Source: Candidatus Zambryskibacteria bacterium RIFCSPLOWO2_02_FULL_51_21
GTDB taxonomy: Bacteria; Patescibacteriota; Minisyncoccia; Phycocordibacterales; Zambryskibacteraceae
Assembly: GCA_001824255.1 (NCBI GenBank)
Contig: MHWQ01000002.1
Span: 139,548-203,547, forward strand
Direction of reading: 5' to 3'
DNA length: 64,000 nt
The first letter of the stretch is position 1. The number at the start of each line of letters is the position of its first letter. Position numbers and translations under genes: made by a program. The notes beneath the pieces were generated by a model that was not told where the DNA came from, made no database searches, and saw only the letters and a list, made by a program, of their open reading frames with translations. This document shows, in pieces, positions 46,305 through 54,605 of this stretch.

Positions 46305-46802
46305 ATGAAAAAAGAATTATTGGTGGGTGTATTGGGCTTAGTGCTCGTGCTCGTGGCTTCTGTCTGGTTCTTCAGGCCGGGGCCGGAAACAATCGCTACT
46401 ACAAACTCAAGCGTGAGCTCGCTTTCGGCTTCGGAAATTTCGTACGACTTCGGCAGAATCAGTATGAAGAACGGAGTGGTGGAGAAAACGTTTACGGTGA
46501 CCAATACAAGCTCCGAAGACGTTCTCATCGAGAAGATAACTACTTCCTGCATGTGCACTACAGCATTCATTACTCGCGCGAGCGGAGAAGAGAAGGGTCC
46601 TTACGGTATGGTAGGCCACGGCGCTTCGGTGCCCAAAGCCAATGAGACCATCAAGGCGGGCGAGACCAGAACGGTGCGCGTAGTCTTCGACCCCAACGCT
46701 CACGGTCCAGCGGGCGTAGGCCTTATAGAAAGGCTCGTCATGCTTGAGGACAGCTACGGCGACCGCCTCGACCTCTCTATCAGCGTCACAGTCACTCCCT
46801 AA
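46305..46802 (+). CDS. DUF1573-like secreted Ig-fold protein (CxC motif)
   Basis: Signal/TM. 'VEKTFTVTNTSSEDVLIEKITTSCMCTT...VRVVFDPNAHG'. DUF1573 commonly neighbours CcdA/DsbD. Confidence 0.5.
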   Translation: MKKELLVGVLGLVLVLVASVWFFRPGPETIATTNSSVSSLSASEISYDFGRISMKNGVVEKTFTVTNTSSEDVLIEKITTSCMCTTAFITRASGEEKGPYGMVGHGASVPKANETIKAGETRTVRVVFDPNAHGPAGVGLIERLVMLEDSYGDRLDLSISVTVTP

Positions 46803-46803
46803 C

Positions 46804-47583
46804 ATGAAGAGAACAATTATTCTCATTGTCATAGCCGCTCTCGCGGTGGCTGGCATTGCCTTCCTCAAGCAATCAGACATCGTCGCGAGCATTATCTGGA
46901 ACGCGAGCTCCGAAGGCTCGTGGCTCTTGCCACTTGTCCTCATGGCGGCGATTCTCGATAGCGTGCATCCGTGTTCCTTCTCGATTCTCCTCATTACCAT
47001 CGCCTTCCTCTTCGGACTCCAGTTCTCGAGGAAGAGAATTCTCCAGATTGGCGGCACGTATGTCCTCGGAATCTTCGCGGCTTACTTCGCCATAGGCATA
47101 GGCGCTCTGAAGGTGCTTCATCTCTTCAACACGCCACACTTCATGGGGAAATTAGGAGCAGTACTCCTAATTTCATTCGGCATCATTAATCTTATCAACC
47201 GTTTCTTCCCGGCCTTCCCATTGAAGCTAAAGATGCCTTCGGTCTCCCACAAATGGATGGCGCCTCTCATGGAGAAGGCGAGCATTCCGGCCGCCTTCGG
47301 CCTGGGTCTTCTTGTCGGCATCTGCCAGTTCCCGTGCATGGGCGGACCGTACCTCATGGTAATCGGTCTGCTTAAAGACCAGTTGACCTACTTCTCGGGT
47401 CTTGGTTATCTCCTGCTATATAACCTGATTCTCATCGTGCCGCTTGTCGTCGTGCTTTGGCTCGCTTCCGGGAAACAGGTGGTTGAGAAAATGGATGAGT
47501 GGAAGAGGACAAACATGGCAAGCGTGCGCCTCTGGGCGGGCATCGCCATGGTAATTCTCGGTCTCTTAATTCTAGTAATCTAG
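46804..47583 (+). CDS. ccdA: CcdA/DsbD-type transmembrane thiol-disulfide electron transporter
   Basis: Multi-TM. Cys in TM1 ('DSVHPCSFSILL') and TM4 ('GICQFPCMGGPY'). Confidence 0.7.
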   Translation: MKRTIILIVIAALAVAGIAFLKQSDIVASIIWNASSEGSWLLPLVLMAAILDSVHPCSFSILLITIAFLFGLQFSRKRILQIGGTYVLGIFAAYFAIGIGALKVLHLFNTPHFMGKLGAVLLISFGIINLINRFFPAFPLKLKMPSVSHKWMAPLMEKASIPAAFGLGLLVGICQFPCMGGPYLMVIGLLKDQLTYFSGLGYLLLYNLILIVPLVVVLWLASGKQVVEKMDEWKRTNMASVRLWAGIAMVILGLLILVI

Positions 47584-47587
47584 CAAC

Positions 47588-47746
47588 ATGGCTAAAATAA
47601 AATTAGGCGACCTTATCGCCAGAATCACCAAGTTCCTCCACATCCCTCATTGCGACAACTGCGAGAAGCGGCGTGTCGTCTTGAACGAAGTCGGCGAGGT
47701 GGGAATCAAAGAAACATTGAAAAGACTAAAGCACTGCTGCGACTAG
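47588..47746 (+). CDS. small Cys-rich peptide (52 aa: ...HIPHCDNCEKRR...KHCCD)
   Basis: ORF begins 4 nt after the ccdA stop. Contains HCxxC and a C-terminal HCC. Confidence 0.3.
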   Translation: MAKIKLGDLIARITKFLHIPHCDNCEKRRVVLNEVGEVGIKETLKRLKHCCD

Positions 47747-47770
47747 TTCGACTAGCTCACCATAAATAAC

Positions 47771-48496
47771 ATGGAAACAGAGAACAATAAATTTCTTCTG
47801 CCCGGCGCCATAGTGGTAGCCGGCATCATCGTCGCTCTGGGCCTTGTCCTCGACGTGGACGAGCCAAGGACGCCCATTGCTGCGCAAGGGAAGCCGGTCG
47901 AAACGGAAGGCTTGACCCTGCCTGTAACCTGGGGCGACTTGGGCAGGCAAATGGTCGCAAACGGCACCATAGACCCGGAGAAGCTCCAGTACGCTTACGA
48001 ATTCGACAATAAAGAATTGGAGATTACGAGAGAAAATGCCGGAAGATTGCTCAACGTCCTGTGGGCTCTGGGCCTCTCGAGCAAGAACGAGATTCTCGAG
48101 CAGGGGGAGATGACCGACCCGCGCTTCGGCGGAGTAGAGAACTTTGCTTCGACCGCCGGCTGGACCGCGGCCAGAGGCTCCGCCATGAGCCACTACAGCA
48201 TGCACCGCTATTTCGAACTGGATTCGGAACAGCAGAACAGGGTGGACAGGGTCTCAAGAGACATCTACCGGCCGTGCTGCAGCAACTCCGCGCACTTCCC
48301 GGACTGCAATCACGGCATGGCCATGCTCGGGCTCCTGGAACTTCTGGCAAGCCAGGGGGCAGGGGAGGAGGAGATGCGAAACGCGGCTCTAGCCGTCAAT
48401 TCTTACTGGTTCCCGTCCCGAAGTAGCCCCGGAGGGTGCTCGATAGAGAGTGGCGCAACGCCAGCTCCTACGAAACAGAGCGGTTGCGGGTTATAA
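47771..48496 (+). CDS. membrane-anchored Cys/His-rich protein (candidate metal-binding)
   Basis: N-terminal TM, then an extracytoplasmic domain containing 'YRPCCSNSAHFPDCNHGMAM'. High-GC patch. Confidence 0.45.
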   Translation: METENNKFLLPGAIVVAGIIVALGLVLDVDEPRTPIAAQGKPVETEGLTLPVTWGDLGRQMVANGTIDPEKLQYAYEFDNKELEITRENAGRLLNVLWALGLSSKNEILEQGEMTDPRFGGVENFASTAGWTAARGSAMSHYSMHRYFELDSEQQNRVDRVSRDIYRPCCSNSAHFPDCNHGMAMLGLLELLASQGAGEEEMRNAALAVNSYWFPSRSSPGGCSIESGATPAPTKQSGCGL

Positions 48497-48526
48497 TTGA
48501 GACATTACAAAGTTAACTTCAAAAAC

Positions 48527-48661
48527 ATGATGGGATATGGATTCGGTTATCAGGGCATGATGAGCGGCGGGGCGGGTATCTTCATGAGCGTTATATGGCT
48601 CGTGTTTATAATCGACCTCGTCCTCCTCGGTGTCTGGCTCTGGAAGCAGATAAATAAATAA
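48527..48661 (+). CDS. small hydrophobic peptide (44 aa, 1 TM)
   Basis: MMGYGFGYQGMMSGGAGIFMSVIWLVFIIDLVLLGVWLWKQINK. Ends 18 nt before tRNA-Glu. Confidence 0.25.
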   Translation: MMGYGFGYQGMMSGGAGIFMSVIWLVFIIDLVLLGVWLWKQINK

Positions 48662-48679
48662 GTTAAAGTAGTCGGGTTA

Positions 48680-48751
48680 GGCCCTATCGTCTATCGGCTA
48701 GGACACAGCCTTCTCAAGGCTGGAAGCAGGGTTCGACTCCCTGTAGGGTCA
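48680..48751 (+). tRNA. tRNA-Glu (anticodon CTC), no encoded CCA
   Basis: GGCCCTA-TC-GTCT-ATCGGCTA-GGAC-A-CAGCC-tTCTCaa-GGCTG-GAAG-CAGGG-TTCGACT-CCCTG-TAGGGTC-A. Confidence 0.85.
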
Positions 48752-48766
48752 TAAAACGGCGCATGA

Positions 48767-48790
48767 GAAACGAGCCCTGCGGCTCGTTTT
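48767..48790 (+). terminator. hairpin terminator after tRNA-Glu
   Basis: 'aaacgagccctgcggctcgtttt'. Confidence 0.55.
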
Positions 48791-48865
48791 GCCGCACCAG
48801 TTCTTCAAGTTCTTCAGAAGGCCCCGCTCCGGCGCGGACCTTTTTGTTTTCATTAATCCAAAAAC

Positions 48866-49855
48866 TTAATCCCTCCTGCTCACACCGCGCTCTTTCTTAA
48901 GGAGTTTGATATCGTCGTAAAGGGTGGCCTGATTCCCGCCTCTCTTCTTCGAGTGATATAAGGCCACATCGACGTGATGGAGGAGGTCTCCGGGCCTTTT
49001 CCCGTCGCGGGGATAAGCGGCTACGCCTATGCTCACGGATGTTTTTATTCTCTTTTTGCCCACCCTCAAGACCGGCTTGAAAATTTTTATTATTTTCTTG
49101 GCGAAGTGCTCTATATCCTGCATCTTCTTGAAGCTTCTGAGCAGGATGACGAACTCGTCTCCTCCGAGTCTTGCCACCACGTCAGATAATCTGACATTCT
49201 TCGTCAGCCGGGCGGATATCTCGATCAATATCAGATCCCCGACACGATGCCCCTCCTCGTCGTTGATAAGCTTGAAGTTGTTGAAATCCAGGAAAAAAAT
49301 GGCGAGAAGGTAATTCTTCTTCTCGTCGTGAATGGAGTTGACCAGATACTCTTCGAAAAAGGCCCTGTTCGGCAATCCCGTCAGATAATCGTGGGTGGAG
49401 AGATGGAGAACGGTTTTTTGCAGATGTTTCTGGTCCGTGATATCACGCATTATTTTAGAGTAGCCGTGGTGCGCGTTGGTTTTGTCCAGAGTGGAGGTCA
49501 GGACGCCGGTGCTCCAGAAACGGGTGCCATTCTTCCTCCGGTATTCTCTCTCGTCAAGGTGCCGACCTTTCTTGAGGGCGCGCCCCAAGTCCGCTTTCGG
49601 CAATCCGTCCTTGCCGTCTTTAGATACGAATAACGCGGAGAAATTTCTCCCGATGATTTCACTCCGGCGATAGCCGAATAGCTTCCTGGCGCCCTGGTCC
49701 CAGCTGGTGATACGCCCCCTCTTGTCTAGCATGAAAATGGCGTAATCCTTGATGTTTTCGACCAGGGAACGGTAGCTCTGCTCTATGGCGTGGTCCACCC
49801 GGCGGCGGTTATGAGAGACCTTCATATACATATGACTATACACCCTTCTTGACAC
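48866..49855 (-). CDS. PAS-domain sensor diguanylate cyclase (PAS + GGDEF)
   Basis: PAS 'ITSWDQGARKLFGYRRSEIIGRNFSALF'. 'RLGGDEFVIL' GGDEF. Confidence 0.85.
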   Translation of the reverse strand: MSRRVYSHMYMKVSHNRRRVDHAIEQSYRSLVENIKDYAIFMLDKRGRITSWDQGARKLFGYRRSEIIGRNFSALFVSKDGKDGLPKADLGRALKKGRHLDEREYRRKNGTRFWSTGVLTSTLDKTNAHHGYSKIMRDITDQKHLQKTVLHLSTHDYLTGLPNRAFFEEYLVNSIHDEKKNYLLAIFFLDFNNFKLINDEEGHRVGDLILIEISARLTKNVRLSDVVARLGGDEFVILLRSFKKMQDIEHFAKKIIKIFKPVLRVGKKRIKTSVSIGVAAYPRDGKRPGDLLHHVDVALYHSKKRGGNQATLYDDIKLLKKERGVSRRD

Positions 49856-49928
49856 CCCTGCCTTAACTTGGCCACAACACCCGCGTAGGAGGTTCAGGGG
49901 GCTTTTTGTATGCTATATTTATCAGCCA

Positions 49929-50180
49929 ATGAATTTCCAAGGAAAAGTCTTCGCCGTCGTAAGGAAAATTCCGAAAGGGAAAGTTCTGACGTACAAAGAA
50001 GTAGCAAAGAGGGCAGGGAAGCCCAAGGCCTATCGGGCGGTAGGGACTATCTTGAATAAGAATTTCAATAAACAGATTCCTTGCCACCGCGTTATCCGCT
50101 CAGACGGAAAAGCCGGCGGTTATAATCTGGGTAGCAAGCTCAAAGAGCGAATCCTGAAGAACGAAGGCTTTAGGATTTAA
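49929..50180 (+). CDS. MGMT-family DNA-binding domain protein (Ogt C-terminal domain only)
   Basis: 'IPKGKVLTYKEVAKRAG...AVGTILNKN...IPCHRVIRSDG' (PCHRV motif). 83 aa. Confidence 0.75.
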   Translation: MNFQGKVFAVVRKIPKGKVLTYKEVAKRAGKPKAYRAVGTILNKNFNKQIPCHRVIRSDGKAGGYNLGSKLKERILKNEGFRI

Positions 50181-50201
50181 GATTTGTGATTTAGGATTTT
50201 A

Positions 50202-52499
50202 TCACGCTGTTGCTTCGACTGGCACGAAGTCCGTCTCGCACACGCCGCCCGCGCAAGCAAGCTCCTTGGCGCCGTTTGTCATATCTTCCTGCTCATAGGC
50301 CACGAGTTTCGAGAAATCGAGGTGTCCGAGCTCCTTCAAGCGCCTTTCGTACTCCTCTTTCGTTATCTCTTCGTACGGCGCGAGCTGATAGACGTGATTG
50401 TTCCTGGGAAGGAAGGAGAGACCGCCGACGATATCCCAGTTTTTGTAAACGAAGTTTGCCACCGATATCCATTCGTCATCGCCGATATAAATGGTGACCG
50501 AAGGATTGTGTTCGGTGAAATGAACCTTGAGCCTCTTCCACTCCTCAAGCATCTCAAGCGCCGTTACGTCCTTGTTGACGAGCGCGCCCTCGGGAGCCTT
50601 GCAGGGGAATTCCATGACCATGGTCGCCGCGTTCGAGGTCGAATAGCCGACTTCGGGGAAGACCGGCACGCCCTGGTTCCTGGCAAGCTTCAATAGAGGG
50701 TCATTGGCGGAGATGCGCACCCGGCGGATGTAGTAGTGCGAGTACCAAGTGTGCATGCCGGAGCCCACGCCCAAGAGCTGGCCGGAGTTGCCATGGGGCT
50801 TCACGCAAGTGATGGCAGTCGATTCGTTCTTGCCGAAGCGCTTGGCGTATTTCTTGTTCGTCTTCATCGATTCTTCGCGTAAAATTTGCAAATTCTTGTC
50901 GTTCCTCACGAGCTTGTTGTCGTAATAGCCGGTGATGGAGACGCCGAGCAATTGTTCCTTCTCGCAATTCTTCTTCCACTCTTTCGAGAGATAGCCGAAG
51001 TCGGTAAGCGTCGCCTGGTAAGTGCCTAGAAGCGTTGCCAGGCGCATCTTCCTCTTCAAATTTTCCATATCATCTCCCGGCCGCACCACAATCGAGGTGA
51101 GATTGCAGAATTGCTTCGACTGGAGGTAAATCTCGCCGCAAGGATTGACTCCCGGCTGCTTGGCTTTCTTCAAAACATCCCAGCGCCTCTTGGGCACCTG
51201 GGCCGACAAGCTCCCGCGGTTAAATATTCCTCGCTCGCCGGAATGCGAAGTGACGAGTGCCGTCCACTCCTGCATGAATTCTTCGGCCGTCGGCTTGGCC
51301 TCGTAGACCGCGGAATTGTTTGCCATCGAGCGCTGGCCCTCCGTCTGCCAGAAGGCGCCCTTCTTGGCATCGCGGACTTCGGTATCATCGAGAGAGGAGA
51401 GTGAGATGAGGGCCGAGCGGCGCACGCCTCCGGCAACGACAATAAGCCCTATCTGGCAAATGATGTCGTGCAGGTCGAGAGTAGAGAGGCGGCGGCCCTG
51501 CTTGGCAAGCATCTTCCTCCTGGTAAATTGCATAAGCTCCTGAAGAGGGGCCGGGCCAGAAGCGCGGCCGCCCATGGTGGCAAGTTTGGCTCCAGCGGGG
51601 CGGATGAGGGAGTAGTCGAGCTCAACGTCCTTGCCCTTCTCCCAGGCGGTGCAGGCCGCCACATACGCGTTGCACCAGCCCTCCTTGCTGTCCTCAATAG
51701 TAATCTTCGGCGCCATCTGGCCCGTCTGCTTCTGAATCTGGGGGAACTTGCCCACGTTCTCAGGCTCGACGGAGAAACCGCATCCGGCTCCGCACATCGA
51801 GACATACATTATTTCGGAGAGGTCGCGCCAAGAAGTGGGCGCGATGTAAGCGCAATTATAAGCGGTGACATTTGAAGCGTCGGCCGCTTTGCCCGCCGAC
51901 CACAGGAGGCGCATGGAAGGGCAAATGTCCTGGACTAATATTGCCTCACGCACTTCCGAGTATTCGCTTGAGGTCAGGGCGTCTCCCATTTTTCCCTTCA
52001 TGTATTCCATGAAGCGGTCTATCGCCTCAATCCAAGTCTCGCGTCGGCCCAGCTCCGGCCTCCATTTCGAATAGAACTGGTAGAAAATAAATTCCTGATA
52101 CGGAGTTTTGAAGTACTTGCTACTATCGGCAATCTTGTCCTTGACCTCTTGGGGGATAAGAGCGGTATGCTCCCTCGCCTTGGTGCGCTCGGCGCGGTAG
52201 AGAATATAGGCCTTGGCCGTCGCCGTAAGCTTCTGGAGCATGAGCTCCATCTCCACTAGGTCCTGGATGCCCTCAACCGTAGGGACAAACTTCTTGTCGA
52301 ATGAGCGGCGCAAAGAAAGTTTTCTCACCACCGATTCGGTAATCTTCTCCGCCACTCCGGGACGATATTCCTTGGCTTCCTGCAGAGCCTTAGTAACAGC
52401 GTGAGTGATTTTATCCGGATTGAAAGGGACTGTCGAACCGTCGCGTTTAATGATATTCGAGAGTCGAGAAGGGCGAGTGGCTGGAGCTTTTTTGGGCAT
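50202..52499 (-). CDS. nrdJ: class II (adenosylcobalamin-type) ribonucleotide reductase with N-terminal ATP-cone
   Basis: ATP cone 'IIKRDGSTVPFNPDKITHAVTKAL'. Active-site 'VNPCGEIYLQSKQFCNLTS'. No glycyl-radical tail. Start set at MPKKAP. Confidence 0.75.
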   Translation of the reverse strand: MPKKAPATRPSRLSNIIKRDGSTVPFNPDKITHAVTKALQEAKEYRPGVAEKITESVVRKLSLRRSFDKKFVPTVEGIQDLVEMELMLQKLTATAKAYILYRAERTKAREHTALIPQEVKDKIADSSKYFKTPYQEFIFYQFYSKWRPELGRRETWIEAIDRFMEYMKGKMGDALTSSEYSEVREAILVQDICPSMRLLWSAGKAADASNVTAYNCAYIAPTSWRDLSEIMYVSMCGAGCGFSVEPENVGKFPQIQKQTGQMAPKITIEDSKEGWCNAYVAACTAWEKGKDVELDYSLIRPAGAKLATMGGRASGPAPLQELMQFTRRKMLAKQGRRLSTLDLHDIICQIGLIVVAGGVRRSALISLSSLDDTEVRDAKKGAFWQTEGQRSMANNSAVYEAKPTAEEFMQEWTALVTSHSGERGIFNRGSLSAQVPKRRWDVLKKAKQPGVNPCGEIYLQSKQFCNLTSIVVRPGDDMENLKRKMRLATLLGTYQATLTDFGYLSKEWKKNCEKEQLLGVSITGYYDNKLVRNDKNLQILREESMKTNKKYAKRFGKNESTAITCVKPHGNSGQLLGVGSGMHTWYSHYYIRRVRISANDPLLKLARNQGVPVFPEVGYSTSNAATMVMEFPCKAPEGALVNKDVTALEMLEEWKRLKVHFTEHNPSVTIYIGDDEWISVANFVYKNWDIVGGLSFLPRNNHVYQLAPYEEITKEEYERRLKELGHLDFSKLVAYEQEDMTNGAKELACAGGVCETDFVPVEATA

Positions 52500-52634
52500 T
52501 TTTGGCAGGTTAGTAAACGTTAATAAACCTAAATTTTTAATGTCATTACATTTTAATACAATCGCAATCAAAAAAACTGGGGATATGTATTGACAAAGGG
52601 GCAGGCTTGTATGCGCCTGCCCCTTGGATGAATT

Positions 52635-52841
52635 CTACTGACCTTCGGCTTCGTTTTTCTGGCCCTCGCGCCAGTTGTCGAGCGGTGTGAGCTCCTTCAC
52701 AGGCACTGCAACGGGCATGATGCCGGCGGGACGACCCGTGTTTGGCTTCGGTGCCAGTCTTCCCGTGCTCCTGAAACGACGAGTGCTACGCCTTGAATAG
52801 ATGCGGCGGTCATGTCTGCACGAACCCGGGAGCATACACAT
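52635..52841 (-). CDS. small Arg-rich protein (68 aa), paralogue of the next ORF
   Basis: GGAGGT RBS 7 nt before the ATG. Followed by hairpin 'aaggggcaggc...gcctgcccctt' (52598-52627). Confidence 0.3.
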   Translation of the reverse strand: MCMLPGSCRHDRRIYSRRSTRRFRSTGRLAPKPNTGRPAGIMPVAVPVKELTPLDNWREGQKNEAEGQ

Positions 52842-52989
52842 ACGGGAAACCTCCGGTGTGAGTGAGAACAACAACGAGACTTCTGGCTCAATCTTCTTAC
52901 AAGCCCGATAGGAAATCAATGACAAACAGGGGATAGAAGAAGGGCAGACCTGTCGGTCTGCCCTTTATGAACACGAGTATGAATACGAA

Positions 52990-53136
52990 CTACCTGTCCT
53001 GCCAGTGCGGCGGGTCGGGTTTGACACCCGATGCTTTCATCTTCTTGGCCAGCGTCGACAGGTTCGATACCGGCTTTCTCGGACGGCGGCCCTTCCGGCC
53101 GCGAATGCAGCCGAGATGAACTCTTCGTCTCGTCAT
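52990..53136 (-). CDS. small Arg-rich protein (48 aa)
   Basis: GGAGGT RBS 5 nt before the ATG. C-terminus 'KPDPPHWQDR' echoes 'TPLDNWREGQ' of the ORF at 52635..52841. Followed by hairpin 'aagggcagacc...ggtctgccctt' (52937-52963). Confidence 0.3.
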   Translation of the reverse strand: MTRRRVHLGCIRGRKGRRPRKPVSNLSTLAKKMKASGVKPDPPHWQDR

Positions 53137-53162
53137 GAGAACCTCCACTATTTATCTTAGCA

Positions 53163-53615
53163 TTATCCTAGGAGTTTGTCAACGGCGGCTTTGACCACCA
53201 TGCCGTCAGCCTTGCCTTTGAGTTCTTTCATGACAGACCCCATGAATTGATTCTTCTTCTCTTTCTCCGGCTTTTCGGCTTCGAATTTGGTTCTAACATA
53301 CGCTTCCACTTCTTCCGCAGACATCTGGGTGGGGAGGTACGCTTCGAGCACGGCCATCTCGGCCTTCTCGGCATCGACGAGGTCCTTTCTGCCGCCTTTT
53401 TCAAACTGCTCTATAGAATCCTTCCTCTGTTTGACTCCTCGGGAAATTACCGCGAGTGCATCTTCGTCGGAGAGCTCTTCGTCGGGCTTCCTCTTCTTCG
53501 CCACAAGCTCGTTAGTGAAGGCGGCCATGAGCCCGCGGATAACGGACAGCTTCACAGCTTCCTTAGCTTTCATAGCTTCAATCATTTGAGCTTTTATATC
53601 GGTTTGGAGTGACAT
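53163..53615 (-). CDS. GatB/YqeY domain protein
   Basis: 150 aa, 'IKAQMIEAMKAKEAVKLSVIRGLMAAF...DALAVISRGVKQRKDSIEQFEKGGRKDLVDAEKAEMAVLEAYLP'. Confidence 0.8.
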   Translation of the reverse strand: MSLQTDIKAQMIEAMKAKEAVKLSVIRGLMAAFTNELVAKKRKPDEELSDEDALAVISRGVKQRKDSIEQFEKGGRKDLVDAEKAEMAVLEAYLPTQMSAEEVEAYVRTKFEAEKPEKEKKNQFMGSVMKELKGKADGMVVKAAVDKLLG

Positions 53616-54598
53616 GTTATAATTCTTTTATGGATTGGACACTCATTATCCTTGTTGCGCTCCTCATAGTCAACGCCTGGCTTGTATTGAAGCTTACCGG
53701 ACAGAAGAAAGAGGAGCCGAGGTCGGACGGCATGCTCCTCCTCCAGAACCAGATGCAGGGCCTGAACAAGAGTATTAATGACAGCATCCGCGATATCGTC
53801 AAGGAGGTTACCCGCGTCTCCGAAACAGGGAGGCAGATGATAGGCTTCACGGACCAGCTCCAGAATCTCCAGGATATTTTGAAGAATCCGAAACAGCGCG
53901 GCGTCTTGGGTGAATATTACCTCGAAACCTTGCTGAAGAACGTCCTGCCGCCGGGAAGCTACCAGATGCAGTATCCTTTCCCGGACGGCACCATCGTGGA
54001 CGCAGTTATCTTTGTCAAAGACAGGATAGTGCCGATTGACTCCAAATTTTCGCTCGAAAATTATAACCGCCTGGCGGGAGAGAAAGACCCAGGTGAAAAA
54101 ACCCGTCTGGAGAAGCTCTTCGAAAACGACCTCAAACTCCGGATTATCGAGACGAGCAAATATATCCGCCCGCAGGACAAGACCATGGACTTCGCCTTCA
54201 TGTTCATCCCGCACGAAGCCATTTATTACGACCTTGTCTCCGGCACCGTGGGCGCTTCGGAGGAGAATCTTATCCAGCGCGCCGCCGGGAAGTACAAGGT
54301 CATTGCCGTAAGTCCGACATCGCTTTTCGCCTACCTTCAGACCGTTCTTGAGGGCCTTAAAGGCATGCAGATCGAGGAGAGCATCAAGGAGGTTATGAAG
54401 AACGTGGTGGGCCTGCAGAAACACCTCATTTCCTACCAGGAATACCACGATAAGATCGGCAACGCCTTGGGCACCGTGGTCAACCACTATAACAGTTCCC
54501 ACAAAGAATTCAGGAAGATAGACAAGGATATACTGAAAATCACGGGCTCGAGCATGGATATAGAAACATTGACTTTGGACAAACCATCAGTAGAATAA
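53609..54598 (+). CDS. rmuC: DNA recombination protein RmuC
   Basis: N-terminal TM, long coiled coil, 'DAVIFVKDRIVPIDSKF', 'FAFMFIPHEAIY'. Confidence 0.85.
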   Translation: MTCYNSFMDWTLIILVALLIVNAWLVLKLTGQKKEEPRSDGMLLLQNQMQGLNKSINDSIRDIVKEVTRVSETGRQMIGFTDQLQNLQDILKNPKQRGVLGEYYLETLLKNVLPPGSYQMQYPFPDGTIVDAVIFVKDRIVPIDSKFSLENYNRLAGEKDPGEKTRLEKLFENDLKLRIIETSKYIRPQDKTMDFAFMFIPHEAIYYDLVSGTVGASEENLIQRAAGKYKVIAVSPTSLFAYLQTVLEGLKGMQIEESIKEVMKNVVGLQKHLISYQEYHDKIGNALGTVVNHYNSSHKEFRKIDKDILKITGSSMDIETLTLDKPSVE

Positions 54599-54605
54599 AG
54601 CCCCT

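Noticed and set aside
52572-53160. Cobalamin riboswitch upstream of nrdJ
   Set aside because: B12 riboswitches normally control B12-independent RNRs, not nrdJ. No B12-box-like element was seen. The region instead contains two RBS-preceded small ORFs with terminators.
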